From Paramoeba atlantica (taxonomy: Eukaryota > Protista > Discosea), in NCBI GenBank assembly GCA_977017575.1, contig CDRNVI010000065.1, positions 186,001 through 250,000 on the forward strand: a stretch of 64,000 bases of DNA, read 5' to 3'. Shown here piece by piece: positions 53,004-62,382 of this stretch. Every line of letters begins with the position of its first letter. Positions within the stretch are counted from its first letter, which is position 1. Under the pieces are notes generated by a model that ran no database searches, had not been told where the DNA came from, and saw only the letters and a program-made list of their open reading frames with translations. Position numbers and translations under genes: made by a program.

Positions 53004-54338
53004 TTACAAATAGGGCGTGCTGCTGATAGGATGCTTTTTCTTTGACTTATTCTGTGTCTTAGCTAATTCTTCATCGATTGAAGATACGCCGTGAATTCTT
53101 ATTGGGGGAACCTCCCGTTTTGTTTTCTTTCGAGATTCCTTGCTGCTCAATGAAGCTTCTTTGGTGCGTTTCTGATTCATTTGATACATGGAAGGAGTCG
53201 GCGGAACGACAAAGCATCCATCAGCTCCAGGAACAACATCCCCCTCGGACTTCGCATTTGTGTTGACGTAGTGCACCAAACTTCCAACACTTTCGAATCC
53301 TTGAACCAGTGAACACTGGATATACGCGTCCGTTCCTTTCCTATCATACGCAACGGGACTTTTCCTTTCTCCTTTTAGTACCTCACCCACGTGAGTTCGT
53401 AACGTTGAGAGAATATGGGTGGGATAGGTAGGGAACCACGCCTCAAGGAGCTCGTCTTCCTCTACTAAACGACGTGTTAGTTCCGCGATGGTCATTGATT
53501 CCCCTTTTACTGTAGTAACCGTATGAGAGGCATCCTGCGGGGTGAGTAAGAGGTGTGGTTGAATTAACAAGTCATCAAGGTCTTCGGGTGAAAGAACGTA
53601 CCGTGCAAGAACGAGACCTGAGGCAACGACGTAGGGATTGGAGTGTTTCAACAGTTTTCGTAACCCCTTTTTAGTGAGCCGCAGCAAAAACAGTTTTAGC
53701 ACTAGGGTCATGAATACACTTCCTTCTTGCTTGTTGAAAGCATTGATGGACTTTACGTTTCTTTCGATGAAATTCAAGACACGCGGAATAGAATATAATT
53801 CGGCATAAAATTTAGTTTCTCGTGTGGAGTATTTTAGGTTCTCCTGTAACCTCGACCAAAGCTGATCATCAATATTACATTGCTCTTTCTTAGAAAATTC
53901 TTCATTAGAAGGCACGGCTTCAAATGGTACTGAGCCTTCTGCAGAGGCACGGTAAAAAAAGCTAGCATATGCACTCGATAGTATTGCGTACACCGTTTTG
54001 TCTTCATTGGGTCTATCTGATTCGATCTCATTGAGCTGACTTCCGATACTGACTTGTTGGGGTATACAAGGAGGTAAGTGTTCATGAACCACTGCATTTA
54101 TGACTTGTACAAATTCGTCTGTAGTTAAATCTACTTTGCTATTCTCTTTCTTCGAAAATTTTGGAGGCACGAAATAGAATTCGTGCGGGGTGAAGTGATG
54201 ACATGACAATGGATTGTGTTGACTCTCCGCAAAACGTCGCTCTTTCTCGCGATATTCTTCCAAAGACGGCTCTTTGTTTCCGGAGTGTACATCGGCATTT
54301 CGGCTCATAAGATAAAAGGCACCTAAGAAGTGAGACAA
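53004..54338 (-). CDS. PRP38: Prp38-family splicing factor
   Basis: FMTLVLKLFLLRLTKKGLRKLLKHSNPYVVASGLVLARYVLSPEDL matches the PRP38 core. Confidence 0.75.
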   Translation of the reverse strand: MSHFLGAFYLMSRNADVHSGNKEPSLEEYREKERRFAESQHNPLSCHHFTPHEFYFVPPKFSKKENSKVDLTTDEFVQVINAVVHEHLPPCIPQQVSIGSQLNEIESDRPNEDKTVYAILSSAYASFFYRASAEGSVPFEAVPSNEEFSKKEQCNIDDQLWSRLQENLKYSTRETKFYAELYSIPRVLNFIERNVKSINAFNKQEGSVFMTLVLKLFLLRLTKKGLRKLLKHSNPYVVASGLVLARYVLSPEDLDDLLIQPHLLLTPQDASHTVTTVKGESMTIAELTRRLVEEDELLEAWFPTYPTHILSTLRTHVGEVLKGERKSPVAYDRKGTDAYIQCSLVQGFESVGSLVHYVNTNAKSEGDVVPGADGCFVVPPTPSMYQMNQKRTKEASLSSKESRKKTKREVPPIRIHGVSSIDEELAKTQNKSKKKHPISSTPYL

Positions 54339-54664
54339 GAAAGCTCAAAAACGACTTTTGCAGAAGAAAAAAACTCTATGGAGACATACAAAGACTTAAT
54401 GTTTGTGAAAAATGTTTGAAAAAATCTTGAAAAACCTTGCATTACAATTTCACATTAAGTTTCACGTTAAACTACTTTAAGAAAAATCCGTATTCATGAG
54501 GAATTCTTATTTTTAGTAGACTATTACATTTGACACCGTCTCCAGTTCTCTGTTATCCAGTTTACCGATCGATCTATCGAGAAACGAACATCAAAACACA
54601 TAGTCCAGGCATGCTTCCAGGTGTAGCCCATAATCGAGACGAAGTAACGGAATAATTATTCAAG

Positions 54665-55093
54665 TTACATGTAGTTCATCCCACCTATCTGTTCTACCAT
54701 GGCATCGATTACGTCATCGTCTTCCATAGACAAGTCCTCTGGTGTGCTGTCCTCGGCTATGAGATTCCCGTCATAGAGAAAGCGTACGGATGTACGAGCC
54801 ATTCCTTGCTTTTTGCAATACGCATCCATCAGCTTTCGGAGTTGCGTCTGACGACGAATTTTAAAGAAAACCTCAGCTCCCTCTGCGTTGACGACTTTCA
54901 GAGAGAGTTGATAAGTGGAATCGGTGGGCGAAGCTTCTCTCTTAACAGTGGGTGTTTGCCCGCTTCTGTCCTCTCCAGGCATTTGCTCGGTATTTGGCTC
55001 CGTAGTGGGGGGACCAGAATGAGCACTCATTGGCTCAGAAGATTCCTCTTCATGGCCAGCGGCCCGAGGATTAGAATATTCTTCGTCACTCAT
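54665..55093 (-). CDS. SMT3: Small ubiquitin-like modifier SUMO
   Basis: LSLKVV...EVFFKIRRQTQLRKLMDAYC..QG...VRFLYDG...TPEDLSMEDDDVIDAMVEQIGG plus a 4-aa tail. Confidence 0.97.
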   Translation of the reverse strand: MSDEEYSNPRAAGHEEESSEPMSAHSGPPTTEPNTEQMPGEDRSGQTPTVKREASPTDSTYQLSLKVVNAEGAEVFFKIRRQTQLRKLMDAYCKKQGMARTSVRFLYDGNLIAEDSTPEDLSMEDDDVIDAMVEQIGGMNYM

Positions 55094-55145
55094 AATAGTT
55101 TATCTTTACCACATAAAATTCTACGCAATACTATTAAAACATTTT

Positions 55146-56365
55146 GGTGAAAGTCAAGCATTATTTCACAAAAAAAAACTTTTTTGTTGATGTTCTCATT
55201 TGATCATATTTTACTTACAAAGTGTTTTTTAGGATATTTTTCGCATATTTCTACACTATTCTCGATGGATTGCTCGTTTTGCCCCAATTTCCAATGTACA
55301 GACAGTATTAGCTATAGTGTGCTCGCCCGCGCCCCCGAAACTGATATTGTCGAGTGGTTGAAAGGCCACAAACTTGTTTTCCAGAGCGTCAGCTGTAGCA
55401 AGCGGCATGAAACTCGCATTTGCGTGCGGAAAGGCGATCATTGGGTCTGCCCTGATCGTTTGTGTCGGAGTCGTACATACCACATGGAGCCACTCTTAAG
55501 TTCCTTCGGTCGCCGAACACCAAGCCAAATTCTTCAAGTTCTATATGGTATGGCGAACGGCAATGGTCGTGATCAATTGACTCTGGAAACACTTTTAAGT
55601 AGTCAAACTGTCACAGAATTGACAAAAAAGTTGGAACGTATTGTTGCTTCCGTTCATGAAATGCGAACTGCGGCTGCACGAGGCACTGTTACTATCATGC
55701 AGAAGGACGAAACTTGCTTTTCTAAGCCAAAAAGGGGGGGTAATAACCGACCAGCCCGCATTCGCCAGGGGGGATCAACCTGGGCAAACGTCCTGACACA
55801 GACCTCTCGTTCTCGGAAAGCTGAGCAGATATTTGTAAGCACGCTGGAAGACCGCCGTAGTTCCTCGACTAATGACCCTGTGTTTGCACTGGCCGCAAGC
55901 GAACGTACCATTGTTCACACGGATGGATGGAGAGGCAGCAATGCCTTGGGCAACAGACTCAACCATGGAACAGTAAACCATCGCCTTCACTGGGTTGATC
56001 CTGTCACCGGGGTGCATACTCAGACTGCTTAGCGCATGAACGGGATGTTGAAAAAAGAAGTCCGCATGCGGGGCAACGGCACACTTGGTAGTGGAGTAGA
56101 AGCGCGAGACAACCGGCTGAAGTTCGCCGGAGAAGTTGTAAACGGCAAGCTGAAAAGAGGAGAACAAGACGGTCATGCCCTCCGTCGCCTGTTTCAAGAC
56201 GTGAAGTGGTATTGCGAGAACGTGGAAATCGTTCTAGAATAAGTTTAAGCTAGCGTTTAAGATAACTCGAAGAGAGGTTTAAGGTGCTACAAATTTTATA
56301 AAAGTCAATATGACCAGTCAATATGAGATTTTTCTGAAAGTGTGAAATAATGCTTGACTTTGACC
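55146..56365 (+). mobile_element. Full-length Merlin (IS1595/ISXO2-like) DNA transposon
   Basis: 25-bp TIR GGT(G/C)AAAGTCAAGCATTATTTCACA with 1 mismatch; 8-bp TSD AACATTTT (55138-55145 and 56366-56373). Confidence 0.95.
55265..56242 (+). pseudogene. Merlin transposase with one in-frame TAG
   Basis: Zn-ribbon Cys motifs, QKDET, TIVHTDGWRG, HGTVNH, VDPVTGVHTQTA*RMNGMLK; the stop is at 56030-56032. Confidence 0.9.
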
Positions 56366-56826
56366 AACATTTTTTAACGGTCGAATCATCGAATGTATAT
56401 TGTACTATTCAATAGCATCATCATTATGTTTTATTTTGAAGACTACAAATCCAGGGCGGGTGCACGAAAATATGCCCCTTTGTTTCTTTTGTCAGGGGCC
56501 ACGCTAAATGCTGACAAAATTTAAAAAATACTCAAGCAAGCAAGAGTAGGCAAGGTGATCCAACTCGTTAGCGAATGTGAACTCTTCAACCTATTTAGCT
56601 CAACCTATCGTTCGCCAGCAGTGTACATCCATTGTGTACCCATTGTAGTTAAACAGTGATACATAGCGGTTGTAGTTAAACTCTATTATCAGACCAAGTG
56701 TAGTTGAACTATTACATACTAGATTTACTGTTTTCTGCCTACATTTCCTTTCAGAAATGAGTAGGACCTGTGCGCAGAACGATATGCTAGCAATTCTTTG
56801 TTTCTCTACAAGTAAAGATAGTGTTC

Positions 56827-58287
56827 TTAGCATTTTTCTCCGTGTAACAGACACTTTAATTCGTATTTGTTTTCACCGGTTAGACATGTTGCTTGGGTGC
56901 TGAAGTGAGCGCATGTTGCGTGGAAATATTTTGTACAGCCTTTCACTGTGCAGCGTGCAGTAGCGCCAAACTCACCACACACTTTACATTTCGTAACACA
57001 ACCCTTTGAAAGCGCTCTTTCACATTTGGTGAGATTCCCATTCCGTACACCTACTTGAGACGACCATAAAAGGCAAAAATGATGTGCGTACAGATCTACG
57101 TATCCACTTTTTGTATTCCAAGCTAGCTTATGTTTAAATATGGTAACGTGAGAATCGGAGTGATATTTTTTGGGCGGAGTGCTAGCCGCGAGGAATTCGT
57201 TCTTTGCCATTGATGACTTCAATTTTATGTGAAATGGGCCTTCCACCTTACTGAATATCGATTCTATGCTTATTTGGGTTGATTTAGAAGAAGAGTTCAA
57301 CACAGCGTGCTTCAAGCAACCTAACACTTGAAGTCTCTCAAAGAATGCATTGAACTCCTCATGGTTTTCAAACCGAATTTGGCAGAGCGCGCAAGTGGGG
57401 ACAGTGTTCCTAGCGTGATTCTCGGACGAAGTTTCTACCCGTTCAACCATGTTGTGCTCGTCTACGCGAGTTGTATCAACCTGCACTTCATTTTCCTTAT
57501 TTAATGGAAAGACATTATCCTTTTGGGAACGAGTCAATAAGGAAGGGGAAGAGCTCCTTAACAAACTCGTTCCTTGCAAGTCTGTATCCCTTTTATCGTC
57601 GTCTGATTGATCTTCCTCTGAAGAAACTTTCAGCTCAAATGCTTGTCGCGCCTTTAAACCCATTACCTGTTGAGACATGAGCAAAATATTTCCCGTGTGA
57701 GAACTTGTAGAAAACATTGAAGGGTCGTCTGGAAGACCGTTGTTAGGGTATATCTGAAATAAGGATCGCTGTGCACATTCACAGTGATAGGACGGCGCAC
57801 TTAACTGGTCCGTGGGAGGAAGAGAAAGGTTCGGCGAAAAACGGGAAATGGATTCCTTTTTAGATACTTGCTCACTAACACGTGGGTTTGGTGAAAAGTT
57901 AAATTGAGTGGCAAGTTCTGTCCATTGGTGGGTCGTTGCCTCGTGACGAATACTTTTCGCAATATTTCCCAGCAAGGGTACTGCACATACGGAACGCCGC
58001 GTGACTTTAATTCGACAAAGCGGACATTCCCCTGAGATATCTATGCAGCGATCGCCGCACGTCTTGCAAAACGAATGTCCGCAAAGAAAACAATATGGAG
58101 CATCTAAAAACACATTCGTGCATACAGGACATTTCAGTTCATGTGCTAATCTAACCAAGAGAGCTTTTTCAATTGTTTCGTTCATAGCGAGACGCTCATA
58201 CGCTGTAGAATGTAACGTTTCTTTTTTGATGAAACATGCTACACTATGTATGTATTGCATTTTAAGTAGAGTAGTAAGTATCGACAA
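56827..58287 (-). CDS. RING-HC plus extended PHD (ePHD) finger protein
   Basis: N-terminal CPVC...CGHSFCKTC...CPLC; C-terminal CALC...HHFCLLWSS...CKVCGEFGATARCTVKGCTKYFHATCA...CLLH. Confidence 0.85.
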   Translation of the reverse strand: MSILTTLLKMQYIHSVACFIKKETLHSTAYERLAMNETIEKALLVRLAHELKCPVCTNVFLDAPYCFLCGHSFCKTCGDRCIDISGECPLCRIKVTRRSVCAVPLLGNIAKSIRHEATTHQWTELATQFNFSPNPRVSEQVSKKESISRFSPNLSLPPTDQLSAPSYHCECAQRSLFQIYPNNGLPDDPSMFSTSSHTGNILLMSQQVMGLKARQAFELKVSSEEDQSDDDKRDTDLQGTSLLRSSSPSLLTRSQKDNVFPLNKENEVQVDTTRVDEHNMVERVETSSENHARNTVPTCALCQIRFENHEEFNAFFERLQVLGCLKHAVLNSSSKSTQISIESIFSKVEGPFHIKLKSSMAKNEFLAASTPPKKYHSDSHVTIFKHKLAWNTKSGYVDLYAHHFCLLWSSQVGVRNGNLTKCERALSKGCVTKCKVCGEFGATARCTVKGCTKYFHATCAHFSTQATCLTGENKYELKCLLHGEKC

Positions 58288-58839
58288 TACATGTACTTAA
58301 CTTTTATAAGTTTACAAATTCTTTAAATGCGAGAGATTACTGAGTAGTCAATGGGGAGAAAGACCAATCAGTAAGAACCTGATTGCGAGCAAAAAAGGAA
58401 TTCGTGTTGCTAATTTTGAGGATACAATTCACTTTTCTGTTGGTACTTCCGTCAACACTACAACGTAAAGATAGCAGAAAAAAGACCTAGACTATCAAGC
58501 AGTATGTGAGGCTGCAAAAAGCATTTCACATAACCTGCTTTTGGCCGTACGCGTCGAGAGCGCGATCCAAATCCGGCATAATGCTCAGCAACGTCGCATT
58601 ATGTCGTATTACCCCATCGTTCCTCAGCGCGCCGATTCGAATGATTACGAACAGGATGAGGGAGGCAGGTAGCAACAAGATTTCACAGCTCGTATGAGCC
58701 AATAGAGGTGAATGAGGCTTCATATTGACCAGGTCTGGCTGAGGGTGGAGTCACAAACGAAGCGCATTAGTACTTTCCTTGCCGTTACTGATAAATCCTG
58801 TCTCACGATACGTGTACATACAGTAAGTGCTTCTTGCCA

Positions 58840-59415
58840 TTAATATTGTCGGAATATTTTGTTAAAACGGTCATTGTGAATTTGTCTCATTGTAATGATA
58901 TGTTTCGTCACCGGTCGTGAGGGTGGAAGCTTTTGGATCCGAAAGCGAATGTTCTCCCATTTCTTTTTCTCAGTGCTCTGTTTTAGGTCAGAAAGTTCTG
59001 AGCCTAATGCCTGATTTACGGCAGCCTGACCGTATTTGTTAGAGAGATTAGCCTGCTCTTCAAGAAGTTTGCGAATACGAAAATGCATGTATGCATTGAA
59101 ATTTCTATTAAGCAACTTTGCGCGACGCGAGCGATAAAATATTGTATCCGCCTTGGCACGGTCATGAGAAGCCCCCCATGAGACTCTGCGATACATCACC
59201 CATTGGCGTACGCCTGTCTCCATTGCGTAATGCATCCATTCACGGTCTACGTTCATGATATTTACATGAGGTCCAACAGCCTGTGTCATGGTAGGCCGAT
59301 GCATAAAACGTTTGTAACCCCAATTTCCCCACCACTTGCGTCGTGATGTAAGCGGCAAAGCCTTTTGGCTGTATAGAGGATACTGTCCAAGACACAAGGA
59401 TTCTCGACGCAACAT
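58840..59415 (-). CDS. Mitochondrial-targeted basic protein (possibly a kinetoplastid mitoribosomal subunit)
   Basis: MLRR presequence typical of kinetoplastids; R/K-rich, 191 aa. Family not identified. Confidence 0.6.
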   Translation of the reverse strand: MLRRESLCLGQYPLYSQKALPLTSRRKWWGNWGYKRFMHRPTMTQAVGPHVNIMNVDREWMHYAMETGVRQWVMYRRVSWGASHDRAKADTIFYRSRRAKLLNRNFNAYMHFRIRKLLEEQANLSNKYGQAAVNQALGSELSDLKQSTEKKKWENIRFRIQKLPPSRPVTKHIITMRQIHNDRFNKIFRQY

Positions 59416-59676
59416 CTTATTAAAAATAAGGAAAAAAAAATGGGTGGAAAAATATTTCTATAGTGCTTTGAGATAAATCAACTTCGTGTTCACACGGCCG
59501 CGGTAAATCTTCACGCCCAAAAACACAGTTATTGCGTGGTTCTCATACTACACTTCGAAATCTATAAACAAAACGGCACTGGCCAACACACAGGTACACA
59601 CCATACCGGTACATACATGTACATGTATACGGGGGGCTTATACAGAAGTATGTACAGTTGTATTATCAGAAGTGTA

Positions 59677-60042
59677 TTATGTATTTTTCTGCGAAGAAGA
59701 CTTCAGGTGTTCCAATAACCGCGGATTGTCTACTGCTCTATAAAATTCAGCGAGTTCAACTAAGCTCAACTTCACGAAAGATTTTGCCAATTTGCTAATT
59801 ATATCATTGCTATTTGGCGTGTCAAGATTTGCTAACGGCGTGTAGTTTGGAGCATAAAGAGATCGAGTCCCATTATTCTTAGTTGTAAAAGCCCTACGAC
59901 AGTTGCAGTACGCATTTCGTGTTGAGCAATAGTTCTGGCATACGTGTAGAAGTGGAAGCACGCACCTACTCATAGTGCAAAGTGTAGATAGCACGAAAAA
60001 AAAATATGAATTTCCATAGGAGAATATTCCTTGAAACCCCAT
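59677..60042 (-). CDS. Small hypothetical mitochondrial protein (weak bL12 N-terminal-like helix)
   Basis: SKLAKSFVKLSLVELAEFYRAV resembles the L12 N-terminal motif; short, start uncertain. Confidence 0.35.
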   Translation of the reverse strand: MGFQGIFSYGNSYFFFVLSTLCTMSRCVLPLLHVCQNYCSTRNAYCNCRRAFTTKNNGTRSLYAPNYTPLANLDTPNSNDIISKLAKSFVKLSLVELAEFYRAVDNPRLLEHLKSSSQKNT

Positions 60043-60522
60043 AAGAAGGGGGCAATGGTGTATTGCGGTATGAAAGCTTCATAATGAAACCTTATTGTGG
60101 TGGTTGTATAACTACCGTTCTACCCTCGATTATGGAAAAAAAGTGAACAAAAACAGTGAAATTATAAAGATATTTTTAGCAAAAACAAATATATTTGATT
60201 TTCAAAATTGAGTTAGGGGAAGTGGTAGCACACGCCTCGGAGAAGCTGGGGAATAAGAAGAAACGTCCGTTTCGATTGCCTTGGAGGCTACATCAGAAAC
60301 TCCGAGCATCGCATCACGCAGTAGTACATTCGGCGTTCTTGAAGCAGAAAGCGTCAAACCAAGCTCTGAAAGCGACAAAGCAAATGTTGGTGCCGTAAGC
60401 CACCGTCGCAGTAGAGATGAGTATCGCGATTAAAGGCCGAAGACGGAAGGTCTCATAAAATCTTACCACCGAATTGACATTCGGTGCGGACAAAACATCC
60501 GCTTTCAGATTTGAAAGGTATA

Positions 60523-61225
60523 CAGGGGGGAAATTAAGTTGTTTCACCAAAAGTCGTGTTAATTTTTTGGATTACACCCCCGCCAAAAAGTATTGTTCAC
60601 AAAAAAGGCCGACAGAAAAAGTATTGTATTTGTTAGTATCGACCATTTTTTTGAGTTTTGACCTGAACTTTAGTTTTTTGTTTTTCGAATTTTCAGGAAA
60701 TTAGCATAATGAGTTCTGATGTACGCGGCCACTTGATCATCTCGAGAGAAGCTGAGTGATTTCTCTCCTATTTTTATGTTTCACTATACGTTTACACAGA
60801 TCCGATATGATAATGTCCAACTTTTTGGAGGCCAGTGGCAACTCGTGGAAATCGACAAAAAGTATTGTATTTATTAGTATCGACCAAAAATTCGTGGTCA
60901 ATACTAATAAATTACAATACTTTTTGGCTGGGGTGTAACACGACTTTTGGTGACACAACTTATGTTGCCACAACTTTTGTCCCCTCCATCAGTGAGATGG
61001 TAGTGCTAGAGCGTCACGTAATACCCCTGAAACCGCACTCTCGATGGTCAAGTGACCTTCGCTCCAAGGGAAAAGAGCGAGTATGCACCCATTTTACCAA
61101 AAGTAAAGAACCATTCTGTTTTTTAACATACTTTTGTTCCTCACCACGTTTTCGCATTAAGCATTAAAGTTGTTGACACAACTTTTGTTGCCTCGACTTT
61201 TGTTGACATAACTTTTTCCCCTCTG
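60523..61225. mobile_element. TA-flanked MITE (outer)
   Basis: TA|CAG(G/A)GGGGAAA..AGTT...TCA(C/A)CAAAAGTCG termini; repeated CAAAAGT(C/T)G subterminal motifs. Confidence 0.75.
60575..60935. mobile_element. TA-flanked Tc1-type MITE (inner)
   Basis: TA|CACCCC(C/A)GCCAAAAAGTATTG TIR; its excision restores a perfect 18-bp hairpin in the host element. Confidence 0.85.
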
Positions 61226-61572
61226 TAGTGGATGCTTTTATTCGAGGCGCACGCAGCGCTCATAGGATAGTAACATTCGAGTCTATGTACAACGAAGCGA
61301 ACCTTTGTCTTCAGGAACACCTCATTGAATCTTCGAATGGCTTCATTACCGCCGTAAGCGAAAGTTGGATTGCTCGATTTCTTAAAAAAACATGAATTTA
61401 GCCTCCGACTAGTGAAACGACAAACAAAATGACGACATACAAAATGATCAACAAGCATCAGTAGCAGTGGCCCACCATGCCCCCTAGTAGGCCACTGTGG
61501 CCCCGAGTGGACCCGGATGGACCCAAAAAAGACACCAAGTTGCAGGGGGTCCAATGCAACAGAAAATAGATT

Positions 61573-62179
61573 TTGATTGAAGAAGCAGACGGTGAGCTGT
61601 TCCAAGTGATCACTCTTGAAGGACCAGGACCACTCCCACAAAAATATATGGAACTAAGGGTGCATCGCATGGTGTGGAACCTATTGAAAAGGGTGGCTGC
61701 TGTTGTTTTAACACAGCTGGCAAAAAATCGTGGCGCCCAAGTAGACTTTACTGCCATCAGCGCGAACGAGACGGTGCTTGATGGAGACGAGGCAGCGTTA
61801 GCACTTCGCTCAGCGATTGAACAAGGAAGTAAAGTCATGGCAGCAACAGCTCGTCTGCGCTCACCTGCAGGTAAAATATATTTAGAAGAACATTCACACA
61901 TTGCCTCAGTATTACTGAGGCTTGCTTTACTGAGTAAAGAAAACACTGTTCAAGAATAATTCATTCGGGTCGGGTTTGCCCCAACGAAAGCGCCTGCGCG
62001 AAAATCGATGTTATAACAGCGGACTTGTTGGTCATTTTGCGGCCGCGTGCAGAATCAAAACGTTTTGTTTCACTTGCGGAGGTCAGGTAGGGTACAAAAG
62101 CGGTAGTCCTGTATGCCGGAATAAGAAAAAGAATTCCCTGTCTAGTACTAAGAACGATGCTAAACATATCACGTATTAA
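61573..62179 (+). pseudogene. Relic gag/ORF1-like sequence with degenerate CCHC zinc knuckles
   Basis: CYN(S)GLVGHFAAAC and CFTCGGQVG(Y)KSGSPVC, the tandem knuckle arrangement of LINE ORF1; split across two ORFs. Confidence 0.6.
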
Positions 62180-62382
62180 TGATCAAAGACGGAAATTCCA
62201 AGGTAACGTGTTGTTCTACGATTATTTTTGTCTTAAACGTCCAGATATTGAATAATGAATATTGTATGCAAGTAGTTTAATTCTCACAGGATATGTACCA
62301 TTTATATCCTAGTACAAGCTAAACATCATACCAATATCATATCGGTGGTATGTAGGGGGGACATGTCGCGAAACACCACTTA

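Larger units (their letters stand above)
60330..61430 (+). pseudogene. Decayed pogo/Tc5 transposase N-terminus, interrupted by nested MITEs
   Basis: Removing 60523-61227 joins ...GRSHKILPPN*...DLKGI to VDAFIRGARSAHRIVTFESMYNEA...VSESWIARFLKK, then after a frameshift HEFSLR (CENP-B/Tc5 HTH pattern). Confidence 0.65.

Noticed and set aside
56030-56032. UAG-as-Glu genetic code reassignment (as in Blastocrithidia) to explain the Merlin stop
   Set aside because: Host genes in the window have uninterrupted frames, use GAA/GAG for Glu and terminate at TAG (e.g. 3205, 49596), so a genome-wide recoding is not supported.
58500-58800. Possible snRNA, 7SL or tRNA gene in this intergenic gap and elsewhere
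   Set aside because: No U2/U4/U5/U6, SRP helix-8 or tRNA T-loop signatures were recognised on either strand.
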